Source: an uncultured Deinococcales bacterium (GTDB lineage: Bacteria > Deinococcota > Deinococci > Deinococcales > JAAFIG01). Taken from it: 18,839 nt of DNA. The stretch is taken from contig CAXTKV010000033.1 of the NCBI GenBank assembly GCA_964244895.1, positions 1 to 18,839 of the forward strand, written 5' to 3'. A model generated the notes under the pieces. The model was not told the DNA's origin and searched no databases. It was given only the letters and a program-made list of their open reading frames with translations. This document shows positions 9,012 through 17,191 of this stretch, piece by piece. Each line of letters opens with the position of its first letter. Within the stretch, counting starts at the first letter, position 1. The position numbers were made by a program, and so were the translations under genes.

Positions 9012-9437
9012 ATGACCTTTCCCGACTTCCGCGACCTGATTTCCAACCTCCTGGACGAACTGCCGCCGCAGGCGCTCGAGGGCTTGCAGGGCGTCCACGT
9101 CTTCGAGCACGCCAAACCCGACCCGATTGAACCCGGACTGGTGCGCATGGGCGAATACCTCGATCCAGGCATGGACAGCTTCTTCGCCACACACATCACG
9201 CTCGGACGGCACGTCGCGATGTACTACGGCAGCTTCGTGGCGGTCGCGGGTGGCAACCCGAACTTCGACTGGGAGACCGAAACCTGGGAAACCCTGACCC
9301 ACGAAATCCAGCACCACGTCGAATCCAGAGCCGGTGAGCGCAGTTTGATCGAGTGGGACATCGAACAGCTCGAGGCGTACCGCGAGAAGAAGCGCATGGA
9401 AAAAACGAGCCAATCGTTCTGGAGGTGGTCAGCATGA
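9012..9437 (+). CDS. Minimal zincin-like metallopeptidase family protein
   Basis: F..LI...LDELP start, 'MGEY', 'AMYYGSF', and the HExxH motif ETLTHEIQHH. Confidence 0.8.
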   Translation: MTFPDFRDLISNLLDELPPQALEGLQGVHVFEHAKPDPIEPGLVRMGEYLDPGMDSFFATHITLGRHVAMYYGSFVAVAGGNPNFDWETETWETLTHEIQHHVESRAGERSLIEWDIEQLEAYREKKRMEKTSQSFWRWSA

Positions 9438-9499
9438 ACCCATCTGGAAAGTGGTCAACGTGAACCCATCCGTGAGGTGGTCAGCATGAACCCGTACCG
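9422..9499 (+). repeat. Three tandem 26-bp units, each containing an RTGA start/stop overlap
   Basis: gaggtggtcagcatgaacccatctgg / aaagtggtcaacgtgaacccatccgt / gaggtggtcagcatgaacccgtaccg. Confidence 0.9.
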
Positions 9500-10274
9500 T
9501 TCTCGAACATCGAGCCCAGCAATCAACCGCATCGCCGTCGTATTCGTCGTGCTGATCGCCATTGGAGCCATCGGCGCATCGGTGCTGCTCGGCCCGAAAC
9601 CGAACGCGACGATCGTGGAAATGCAACCGATCCGGCCCGCGCAGACCGGCAGCGTGCCTTCCGGTACGCAGGTGACGGCGCCTTTGAGCGATCCGATGTC
9701 GGGCGTCCCAGACGAGCAATTGCCCGTGATTCAATCCCGCCCCGCCAAGCCCGTCACGCCCGAACCCAACACCCTCGAGCAGAGCGAACTCGGCGTGGAA
9801 ACGCCATCCGCGAGCGCCGCACCGATGGCGGATGGTTCGCAGACGGTCAACTCGAGCGCAGTGACTCCGCGCGCGGTGACTTCCAACGCAACCTCGAGCC
9901 AGACGACCCCGAGCCCAGCGACTGCTGATCCGGCCAAGCCCGAAGCCGCGACCCCGAGTGCCGCAACCTCGAGCATTGCGTCTGCGAGCGCATCGGCGGG
10001 TGCGAAACCCGAACCCGTCGGCGCGATCGCCGCGACAACACCAGCCGAACCCGTAAAAGCCCTCCTGCGGCGCGCCACGAACGGCGTCAGCGTGCAGGTC
10101 GTGGCGCTCAGCAGCGTGGATGCCGCCGCGAAACTCGCGCAGAACCTGGCCGCCAACGGTTTCACCGCCAACGTTCAACCGAGCGGCAAGATTTTTCGCG
10201 TCGTGATCGGCCCGTACCCGACGGATGCCGCCGCGCAAACCGCCGCCGCTCGAGCCAGCGCTTTCGTCCGGTAA
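9486..10274 (+). CDS. SPOR domain-containing membrane-anchored protein (FtsN/DedD-like architecture)
   Basis: N-terminal TM helix (IAVVFVVLIAIGAIGASVLL) and a long Pro/Ala/Ser/Thr linker. C-terminal SPOR domain VQVVALSSVDAAAKLAQNL..GF....FRVVIGPY....A. GAGGTG RBS before ATG 9486. Confidence 0.88.
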   Translation: MNPYRSRTSSPAINRIAVVFVVLIAIGAIGASVLLGPKPNATIVEMQPIRPAQTGSVPSGTQVTAPLSDPMSGVPDEQLPVIQSRPAKPVTPEPNTLEQSELGVETPSASAAPMADGSQTVNSSAVTPRAVTSNATSSQTTPSPATADPAKPEAATPSAATSSIASASASAGAKPEPVGAIAATTPAEPVKALLRRATNGVSVQVVALSSVDAAAKLAQNLAANGFTANVQPSGKIFRVVIGPYPTDAAAQTAAARASAFVR

Positions 10275-10287
10275 GCTTCGATCTGAT

Positions 10288-10323
10288 CGGCCTCTCATCC
10301 GTCGTGAATGAGAGGTCGCTTTC
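10288..10323 (+). terminator. Putative intrinsic terminator after the SPOR gene
   Basis: cggcctctcat ... atgagaggtcg stem followed by cttt. Confidence 0.5.
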
Positions 10324-10384
10324 GTGCGGCTGGATCATCGAGCCCGCTCCGGGAGCGTTCATCAATGCGCTCTAAAATGCGCTC

Positions 10385-11095
10385 ATGACGCTTTTTGCAG
10401 AACCTTCAGGCGCACTGGACGCGCTGGGCGCAGAGGTGCGCACCTGCACGCGCTGCGAGCTTTCGTTGACCCGCACGCACGCCGTGCCCGGCGAGGGCGA
10501 CCCGAGAAGCCGGGTGCTGTTCGTCGGTCACGCGCCCGGCAGCACCGACGACGCGACCGGGGAACCGTACACCGGGCCGGGCGGAGCGCTGCTGGACGCA
10601 CTGTTCGCCCAGGCGGGCATCGAACGCGAGCGGGTCTTCATCACGAATCTGGTCAAGTGCTGGCCGTGGAAAGAAGAATTCGGCAACCGCGTCAACCGCA
10701 CGCCCAGCGCCAAAGAAATCAAAGCCTGCGCTCCCGTGTTCTTGCGCCAGGAACTCGAGATCATGCGTCCCAGCGCGGTCGTCTGCCTGGGCGGGCCGAC
10801 CGCGCAGCAGTTTTTAGGCAAGGATTTCAAGATCACGCAATCCAGGGGCGAATGGTTGGCCTTACCCGATTCCAGCCCGATCCTCAAGCTGATCGGTTCG
10901 CAGGTGCGGCCCGCCATCATGGCGATCCTGCAACCCGCGTACCTGATTCATCTCGAGCAGCACTCGCCGGAAGCCTTTCCCGCCGCGCGTCAGGCCATGC
11001 TGCGCGATCTGGGCAAGGTCAAACGCGTGCTGGACGGCGAAGAACCCGAAATCAAGGGCGCGGATTCCGTCCCCGACGAGGAAACACCGTTCTGA
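10385..11095 (+). CDS. Uracil-DNA glycosylase superfamily protein, family-4-like with 4Fe-4S cysteines and atypical active-site motifs
   Basis: CTRCEL..TR..AVPGEG, ITNLVKC, NRTP...EI.AC, VCLG..A. Motif A reads GHAPG and motif B reads QPAYL. TAAAAT -10 box at 10373-10378, 6 nt before ATG. Confidence 0.88.
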   Translation: MTLFAEPSGALDALGAEVRTCTRCELSLTRTHAVPGEGDPRSRVLFVGHAPGSTDDATGEPYTGPGGALLDALFAQAGIERERVFITNLVKCWPWKEEFGNRVNRTPSAKEIKACAPVFLRQELEIMRPSAVVCLGGPTAQQFLGKDFKITQSRGEWLALPDSSPILKLIGSQVRPAIMAILQPAYLIHLEQHSPEAFPAARQAMLRDLGKVKRVLDGEEPEIKGADSVPDEETPF

Positions 11096-11175
11096 ACGAT
11101 GCTGGTTCTCGTGCGCCATGGGGACACCGTCTGGGAGGCTGTTTTCTGATCTCGAGAAATGCCGTCCAGCGCGGT
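11081..11175. repeat. Degenerate palindromic repeat copies between convergent genes; the first overlaps the UDG stop
   Basis: gaaacaccgttctgaacgatg (11081-11101), gacaccgtctggg (from 11123), gccgtccagcgcggt (11161-11175). Confidence 0.65.
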
Positions 11176-11189
11176 CTTCTCGGGCAACT

Positions 11190-11729
11190 TCAGCCCTGCG
11201 GCGCGCGCCGATTCATGGTGCAACGCCCGAACCTCGAAAAATCGTCCTTGCTGGCCAGACCGATGAATTCCTCGACGCTGCCGATGAAAAACCGTCCCTC
11301 GAGCGCCCCGTCCCTGAACGAGCGCGTCTGACGCACCAGACAGAAGGTTCCGTCCGTCGTGCTGAGGTCAATCGCGGTGGCCACCGCGACGTCCTTCTGA
11401 ACGGTGTACAGGATGCCAGCCAGCACGTACTGAACGCCCTGAACGGTCACGACCCGGTCATCGTCGAAGCTCAGATCGGTGCCGCGTTCCTTCGGGGCTT
11501 TCAGCAGGAAGGTGAACTGCCTGGTCTGTGCGCCGTTGGCGGGCGTCCCGGTCATCTCCCAGCGTTGCCCGGCCTGAAAGGTCGCGGCGGATGCGGCAGG
11601 GGTCGTTGCGGGCGCGCAGGCCGCCAGCAACGAGAGCCCCGCCAGCAAGGTCCAGCGTTGAACGAACGACTCGAGGCCCGAGCGGCGGTCGTCTCGGGAA
11701 TTCAACGCGAGACGGGGCGAGGGCTTCAT
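11190..11729 (-). CDS. Hypothetical lipoprotein
   Basis: Lipobox-like LLAGLSLLAA|C followed by an Ala/Thr/Pro linker and a beta-rich domain. It lies 10 nt after the lutC stop; start codon uncertain. Confidence 0.6.
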   Translation of the reverse strand: MKPSPRLALNSRDDRRSGLESFVQRWTLLAGLSLLAACAPATTPAASAATFQAGQRWEMTGTPANGAQTRQFTFLLKAPKERGTDLSFDDDRVVTVQGVQYVLAGILYTVQKDVAVATAIDLSTTDGTFCLVRQTRSFRDGALEGRFFIGSVEEFIGLASKDDFSRFGRCTMNRRAPQG

Positions 11730-11739
11730 GCGTAGCAAC

Positions 11740-12360
11740 CTACCCGATCAACACGATCACGTCCACCCGACCGGGGCCGTGAACGCCCAAGGCCATCGTC
11801 TGTTCGATGTCGGCGCTCTTGGATGGCCCGGTGTGCATGCCCCACGCGCCCGGCAAGGTTCCGGCCCGCGCGAGTTCCGCCATTTTCAGGTACCAGTCCT
11901 CGATGTCCGGCAGGATTTGCTCTGCGCGCAGCACGACGACGTGGTGGTACGGCAGTAACGCGGCCAGTCGGCCCCAACTCGAGGAAAAGGCCACCGATCC
12001 CGTCGCCGCGATGGCGTACTCGCAACCGGTGATGCCGACATCCGCCAGGCTGGCTTTCTCCGGAATCAGGTGCGCCACGAGTTGCGGCAATCCGACCTCG
12101 TCCAGAATTGCGTGCGGCGAACGGATATAGGATTTCGCGCCCTCGAGCGTTTCATTCAGGGCTGTTCGGGCTTCCGCAACTGATCGCACGATCTGAACCT
12201 TGCCCAGCACGCGCTCACTCTCGAGCTTGAAGCGTTCGGCGCGCACCTCATCGGACTGCGGGCTCGAGGCTTTCGGCGGTTCCGGCGGCCTGGTGACGGG
12301 CGCTTTCGGGTTGCGTCCAGTCGCGGTGCGCACGCGAGAGAGGAAATCCTGGCGCTTCAT
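11740..12360 (-). CDS. lutC: Lactate utilization protein C (LUD domain, YkgG)
   Basis: MKRQDFLSRVR start; ADVGITGCEYAIAATGS, LLPYHHVVVL, TGPSKSADIEQTMALGVHGP. ATG overlaps the EamA stop (ATGA). Confidence 0.92.
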   Translation of the reverse strand: MKRQDFLSRVRTATGRNPKAPVTRPPEPPKASSPQSDEVRAERFKLESERVLGKVQIVRSVAEARTALNETLEGAKSYIRSPHAILDEVGLPQLVAHLIPEKASLADVGITGCEYAIAATGSVAFSSSWGRLAALLPYHHVVVLRAEQILPDIEDWYLKMAELARAGTLPGAWGMHTGPSKSADIEQTMALGVHGPGRVDVIVLIG

Positions 12361-12785
12361 CGGCGCACCACCAGCGACAAACCGATCAGGCACAGCGCCA
12401 TCCCGATCAGGTTCTGCGGGCTGAGTTTCTCCTTGAAGAACAACAACCCGATCGGCGCGACCAGCACGGCCACGGTGACGTTGGACACCAACCCCGTGAT
12501 GTTCAACGCCCAGCCCGCGCGGAAGGCCAGAATCCAGCCCAGTTCGATCCCGACGGCGGCCACGCCGACCAGCGGCACGGCCCAATTGACGCCGCGCACG
12601 GCGTCCAGAAAACCCTTGCCGGAGCGGTCAAACAGGCTGGCCAAAACGCAGAATCCCAGCGCCACCGCGTAAACCACGACCAGCGCGTGCCACGGGTTGA
12701 GATCGTGCGGCAGGTTCTTCTGCGCGATCTGGTAGACCAGCACGCTGGTGACGATCAGGCTGATGGACGCGAGGTACAGGTTCAC
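12357..12785 (-). CDS. EamA/DMT-family small membrane transporter (142 aa)
   Basis: Five hydrophobic segments and the typical DMT end GLLFFKEKLSPQNLIGMALCLIGLSLV; GAGG RBS before GTG. Confidence 0.85.
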   Translation of the reverse strand: MNLYLASISLIVTSVLVYQIAQKNLPHDLNPWHALVVVYAVALGFCVLASLFDRSGKGFLDAVRGVNWAVPLVGVAAVGIELGWILAFRAGWALNITGLVSNVTVAVLVAPIGLLFFKEKLSPQNLIGMALCLIGLSLVVRR

Positions 12786-12821
12786 GCCGGAACCTCGAGA
12801 CGATGATTCAGGTGGCTTCGG

Positions 12822-12850
12822 ACGAGGGCGCGATGAATCGCGCCCGAACG
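12822..12850 (-). repeat. REP-like hairpin resembling GTAG-class REPs
   Basis: Minus strand GTTC-GGGCGCGATTCATCGCGCCC: perfect 9-bp inverted arms preceded by a GTAG-like tetranucleotide. Confidence 0.55.
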
Positions 12851-12888
12851 GACGCCCCAGGCATCACCTTCAGTCGGATACTTCGGGT

Positions 12889-12948
12889 GAACACCGTCCC
12901 ACACACATATTCTAGATTCTTGGGAACACCGTGCTGGACGGTGTTCCT
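12889..12948. repeat. Palindromic repeat copies between lutB and the EamA gene
   Basis: gaacaccgtccc (12889-12900) and ggaacaccgt-gctgg-acggtgttcc (12923-12947, perfect 10-bp arms). Confidence 0.88.
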
Positions 12949-12956
12949 GTGCGGGA

Positions 12957-14435
12957 TCAATCATCGGCGGCCTCGCGCTCGGGCTTCGGGCTGGGGATGT
13001 CTGGTTTGGCGGGTGTCGTCACGGAATCCGCGCGTTCGTCCTTCAAGCCGCCCTTCCACACGTCCCGAAAGGACTGCCTGGCGGGGCCGGGGAAATCCCT
13101 GGATTTCTGCCACTCACTCAGCACCGGCGCACCCCACTGCGGCAGCGTTTCAGGCCACGGCACGAACCGCGCGAGCTTGCTGGCCGCCTGGTACAACGCC
13201 GGGTGCGTCATCACGAAGCGGAATGAACCGATCGCGGCGGACTCGAGACCGCCGGAAAGACCTTGCTCCACGGTGCGTTCGCGCAAGGTGACCAGCATCT
13301 GCGGCAACGGAATCTTGACCGGGCAGACATCGCCGCACGCGCCGCACAGGCTGCTGGCGAACGGCAGGGACTTGGCTTCCTTGAGGCCCAGGATGGATGG
13401 GTCGAGCACACTGCCAATCGGCCCGGAGTAGACCCAGCCGTAGGCGTGCCCGCCGATCTGCTGGTAGACCGGGCAGGTGTTCAGGCACGCGCCGCAGCGG
13501 ATGCAGCGCAAGCTGGCGCGCATGGCCTCGTCCGCCAGCACGCTCGAGCGACCGTTATCGACCACGACCAGGTGGAAGGCTTCCGGCCCTTCGGGTTCAT
13601 CGGCGCGTTTTGGTCCGGAAATCACGCTGACGAAAACGGTCGAACGCTGCCCGGTCGCGGCTCGAGGCAGGAGTTTCAGGAACACGCCTAGATCTTCCAG
13701 GCGCGGGATGACCTTTTCCATTCCCATCACGGCCACGTGGACGCGCGGCAGGCTGGTCGTGAGGCGCGCGTTGCCTTCGTTTTCCACGATCACGATGCTG
13801 CCGGTTTCCGCCACCGCGAAATTCACGCCGCTGACGCCGATGTCCGCCGACAGGAATTTCTCACGGATGATCTCGCGGGCTTTGCCCGCCAGTTCGTCGG
13901 CGCTCGCGCCCATCGGCGTGCCGTACAGTCGGTTGAAGAGTTGCTCGACCTCGATTTTGGGCTTGTGGATCGCCGGGCCGATGATGTGGCTCGGGTACTC
14001 GTCCTCGAGTTGCAGGATGTACTCGCCCAGGTCGGACTCGATCGCTTCGATGCCCGCGCGCTCCAGGGCTTCGTTCAGTTCGATTTCCTCGGTGACCATG
14101 GATTTCGATTTGACGACCGTTTTGGCGTTCGCATCCTGCGCGATTTTGGTGATGATCTCGCGGGCTTCCACCGCGTCCAGCGCGAAATGAACCCGTCCGC
14201 CCCTGGCTTCGATGTTGCGGGTCAGCATCTCGAGGTAGTGATCCAGGTGCGTGAGCGTGTGATCCTTGACGGTCGCGGCGTACTGCTTGAGCGATTCCAC
14301 GTCCGGCAATTCGGCGTACATTTCCTCGCGTTTGGCGTTCCAGTTCTGGGTCGCGCGGAAGGTCGCGCCGCGAACCTGGTCGTTCTCGAGGGCTTTCTTG
14401 TGGCCTTCCGGGAAGTTGTGAATCGTCAGTTCCAC
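12957..14435 (-). CDS. lutB: Lactate utilization protein B (Fe-S subunit, YkgF/LldF)
   Basis: VVKSKSMVTEEI, ESDLGEYILQL, PSHIIGPAIH, ENEGNARL, LLPRAATGQ, CIRCGACLNTCPVY, ASSLCGACGDVCPVKIPL. AGGAGG RBS before GTG 14435. Confidence 0.95.
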   Translation of the reverse strand: MELTIHNFPEGHKKALENDQVRGATFRATQNWNAKREEMYAELPDVESLKQYAATVKDHTLTHLDHYLEMLTRNIEARGGRVHFALDAVEAREIITKIAQDANAKTVVKSKSMVTEEIELNEALERAGIEAIESDLGEYILQLEDEYPSHIIGPAIHKPKIEVEQLFNRLYGTPMGASADELAGKAREIIREKFLSADIGVSGVNFAVAETGSIVIVENEGNARLTTSLPRVHVAVMGMEKVIPRLEDLGVFLKLLPRAATGQRSTVFVSVISGPKRADEPEGPEAFHLVVVDNGRSSVLADEAMRASLRCIRCGACLNTCPVYQQIGGHAYGWVYSGPIGSVLDPSILGLKEAKSLPFASSLCGACGDVCPVKIPLPQMLVTLRERTVEQGLSGGLESAAIGSFRFVMTHPALYQAASKLARFVPWPETLPQWGAPVLSEWQKSRDFPGPARQSFRDVWKGGLKDERADSVTTPAKPDIPSPKPEREAADD

Positions 14436-14452
14436 GCTGGCCTCCTGTTGAG

Positions 14453-14512
14453 CAACACCGTCCAGCACGCGATGCTCGAGAACGCATAAAACGCCGTGCT
14501 AGACGGTGTTTT
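14453..14512. repeat. Inverted doublet of the palindromic repeat family between lutA and lutB
   Basis: caacaccgtccagcacg (from 14453) and aaaacgccgtgctagacggtgtttt (14488-14512). Confidence 0.85.
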
Positions 14513-14529
14513 CTCTTTATCGGACGGTT

Positions 14530-15297
14530 TCACGATTTCACCGCTTCGAGCTTCGGCTCGAGCGCGCGCCGACCGTCCAGCAGCAACTCCGCGATGTGGA
14601 CGACCTTCAAAGGCTTTCCCTGCCGCGTCAAACCGCCACCGAGCTGCATCAGGCAACCCAGGTCGGTGCTGGTCAGCACGTCCGCCTGGCTCGCGTCCGC
14701 GCTCAGGCTGGTCAACTTGCGGTTCATCATGGCGGCGGAAAGCTCCGGCAGTTTGACGCTGAACAACCCGCCGAAGCCGCAGCAGGATTCGTCCCAGGAA
14801 AGGACTTTCGCGCCTGCCGCCTCGAGCAACGTTCGCGGTTGCGCGCGCACGCCCAGGTTGCGCATGGCGTGGCAGGAATCGTGGTACGCGACCGCCAGGC
14901 CCGATAAATCCGCGCCGATCTTTGACACGTTCATCTCGTCCACCAGGAACTGCGTCAACTCGAAGGTGCGTTCAGAAACGCGCCAGGCGCGCCGCAAGTT
15001 GACCGGATCGTCGTGAAAGAGTTCCGGGTAGTGATGCACCATCGCGCCGCAAGACCCGGACGGCGCGACCACGCAATCGCTTTTCTCGAGCGCCCGCTCG
15101 AACACGTCCAGGTAATGCTTGGCCAGGTCTCGTGCATCCCTGGCGTAGCCCGCGTTGTAGGCGGGTTGGCCGCAGCAGGTCTGGGCTTCGGGAAAATCGA
15201 CCTCGCAACCCGCGCGGCGCAGCAACTGCACGGCAGCGGTGGCGCTCTGCGGTCCGAACTGGTCGGCCAGGCAGGTGACGAACAAACTGACTCGCAT
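14530..15297 (-). CDS. lutA: Lactate utilization protein A (CCG-domain Fe-S protein, YkgE)
   Basis: MRVSLFVTCLAD, QTCCGQPAYNAG, PSGSCGAM, YHDSCH, CCGFGGLFSVK, DLGCLMQ. TAGACT -10 box (15305-15310, minus) 7 nt before ATG. Confidence 0.95.
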   Translation of the reverse strand: MRVSLFVTCLADQFGPQSATAAVQLLRRAGCEVDFPEAQTCCGQPAYNAGYARDARDLAKHYLDVFERALEKSDCVVAPSGSCGAMVHHYPELFHDDPVNLRRAWRVSERTFELTQFLVDEMNVSKIGADLSGLAVAYHDSCHAMRNLGVRAQPRTLLEAAGAKVLSWDESCCGFGGLFSVKLPELSAAMMNRKLTSLSADASQADVLTSTDLGCLMQLGGGLTRQGKPLKVVHIAELLLDGRRALEPKLEAVKS

Positions 15298-15419
15298 TTG
15301 CAGGAGTCTAACAAGATCGTGTGCGGTTCGTATCGCATTCTCACGAGATTCGTTCAGGCCTTTCCTGCGGCGACTCGTGCAGCGTCTCGAGCTGCGCTTG
15401 CCAACCCGTTTCTCGAGAA

Positions 15420-15572
15420 ACCATCGTGCCAGACGGCACTCCATGACACGCGCTGGCACTCGCCTTCGGTCGATGCTTCAGAAGAACACTGTCTGGCACG
15501 CAACTTCTTGAGTTCAAACCGTGCGTTCCTGGACGGTCTTTTCCTGGTGAGCCAACCGAGAACACCGTCCCG
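15420..15572. repeat. Four degenerate palindromic repeat copies in the divergent gap upstream of lutA
   Basis: catcgtgccagacggca (from 15422), aacactgtctggcacg (from 15485), gcgttcctggacggtc (from 15523), gaacaccgtcccg (from 15560). Confidence 0.75.
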
Positions 15573-15716
15573 CCCGACTTCTTCCGAGCGATATCGAAGG
15601 ATTCTTCGTGGTTCCTCGGCAAAAAGACCACCAATCGAGCCTCGAGAAACGTGTACAACTCGCCCTCTCCTCCATCACCCACGATTTCCCGATCACTTCT
15701 GCTATCCTTTGCCCCG

Positions 15717-16256
15717 ATGCTCGAAGTCCTGCGCGATGTCCTGGTGGAACGCGGCGGCCCGCCCGAACGTGTGGCGCAGGCGCTGCGTCAGGCCGTGGGC
15801 GCGGTCTGGGCGTCCCAGGTCGGTCTGATTGCGGTCGTCTGCATCGCGGTGATCGCGTTCAATAAACCCGCCGGAGCGGACGCAGCCTGGGCGTGGGTCT
15901 TTTTGGCGGTCAGCGCGGTCGCGTACGCGCTGGTCGTTTCGATCACCTCAAATGACGTGGCAAACTCGCCGAAGCTCGTAACGGGCCTCAAGGCCGCCAT
16001 TTTGCTCGGCGCGATCTCGGCGCTACCCGCCGTGCTGTGCGCGCTGTTGCTCGCACTGGACGGCCTGAGTGCCGGACTGGTGATGCTCAGTCTGACCGCG
16101 CTGGCCGCGCCATTCCTGGCCTTCGGGCAGGTCACGCAGTACGGTTACGTGATCGCGTCGCAGCCCAAAGAAGCCACCCAGGACGAGGTTTTTCGAGGCT
16201 GGGCGACTGAAGACCCCGGCCCGGACGCGTTTTTTGGCCGCGAGCGCACGGATTGA
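15717..16256 (+). CDS. Hypothetical integral membrane protein (about 4 TM helices)
   Basis: Four hydrophobic segments and GC-rich third codon positions. Start set at ATG 15717, with TATCCT 8 nt upstream. Confidence 0.7.
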   Translation: MLEVLRDVLVERGGPPERVAQALRQAVGAVWASQVGLIAVVCIAVIAFNKPAGADAAWAWVFLAVSAVAYALVVSITSNDVANSPKLVTGLKAAILLGAISALPAVLCALLLALDGLSAGLVMLSLTALAAPFLAFGQVTQYGYVIASQPKEATQDEVFRGWATEDPGPDAFFGRERTD

Positions 16257-16405
16257 CCGTACAGATTTCCTCAGGTTCCGACGATCCACGGGTGAAACTT
16301 CCCGGAATCGTTGAGCATGGCGCGATGCTCGAGCACCTCAAAATCCACATCCGACGAGGCCAGAAACGCCGGTCGCTCGCCGCTCGCGTCCTCTGCCAGC
16401 CAAAC

Positions 16406-17071
16406 TCACTCGAGCTTCCAGTCGATCGGTTCGCCCAGCGCGGCATTGATCTTCGAGAACGGTTTGCTGCCAAAAAACCCGTTCCGGGCCGATAACGGCG
16501 ACGGGTGCGCACTCTTTAACACCGTGTGCCTGACGGTGTCTATCAATTCCAATTTTTTGTGCGCGTGCGCACCCCAGAGCACGAACACGACGCGTTCGGG
16601 TTTCGAATTGACCGCTGCAATCACGGCGTCCGTCAGCTTCTCCCAGCCTTTGCCTTTGTGAGACGCCGCCTGGTGCGCCCGCACGGTCAGCACCGTGTTC
16701 AGCAACAGCACGCCGTGGCGCGCCCACGGCTCGAGAAATCCGTGATCGGGCCGAGGCACGCCCAGGTCAGCCTCGAGTTCCTTGAAGATGTTCACCAGGC
16801 TGGGCGGTACTTTGAGGCCGCGCCGCACGGAAAACGCCAGCCCGTGCGCCTGAGCCTCGTCGTGGTACGGATCCTGACCCAGGATCACGACCCGCACCGC
16901 GTCGAACGGCGTCAGCTCAAAGGCCGAAAAAACCTGGTCTTCGGGCGGGAAGACTTCGTGTGCCCCGCGTTCAGCCTCGAGGAAGGCCTCGAGTTTCGCG
17001 ATGTAGGGCTCGGCAAATTCCGGCGCGAGAACGTCGCGCCACGAGGCGGGAAGCTCAAATCGAAGGTTCAT
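16406..17071 (-). CDS. ung: Uracil-DNA glycosylase, family 1
   Basis: VVILGQDPYH, AHGLAFSV, PPSLVNIFKEL, GVLLLNTVLTV, FVLWG, AHPSPLS. AGGAG RBS before ATG 17071. Confidence 0.97.
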   Translation of the reverse strand: MNLRFELPASWRDVLAPEFAEPYIAKLEAFLEAERGAHEVFPPEDQVFSAFELTPFDAVRVVILGQDPYHDEAQAHGLAFSVRRGLKVPPSLVNIFKELEADLGVPRPDHGFLEPWARHGVLLLNTVLTVRAHQAASHKGKGWEKLTDAVIAAVNSKPERVVFVLWGAHAHKKLELIDTVRHTVLKSAHPSPLSARNGFFGSKPFSKINAALGEPIDWKLE

Positions 17072-17191
17072 GGCTCTCCTGAAGCGAATGCTTTGTCCAC
17101 CTGAAGCGACACGAGAATACCGTGTCAGAAAAGACCAATCGAGAAACCGGGAACTTACCGGGCTTTTACCAAGTCGCGGCAGACTCGAGGT

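Noticed and set aside
9422..9499. Possible CRISPR mini-array
   Set aside because: Units are directly tandem with no unique spacers, and no cas genes are in the window
10385..11095. Assignment as UdgX or as a pseudogene
   Set aside because: Lacks the KRRIH loop and GEQPG motif of UdgX; the frame, Fe-S cysteines and promoter are intact, so it is not an evident pseudogene
1..17071. A co-regulated DNA-repair island (polX, tmk, UDG, ung) under a DdrO/RDRM site
   Set aside because: The genes are scattered among unrelated housekeeping genes in different orientations, and I saw no convincing RDRM-like palindrome upstream by eye
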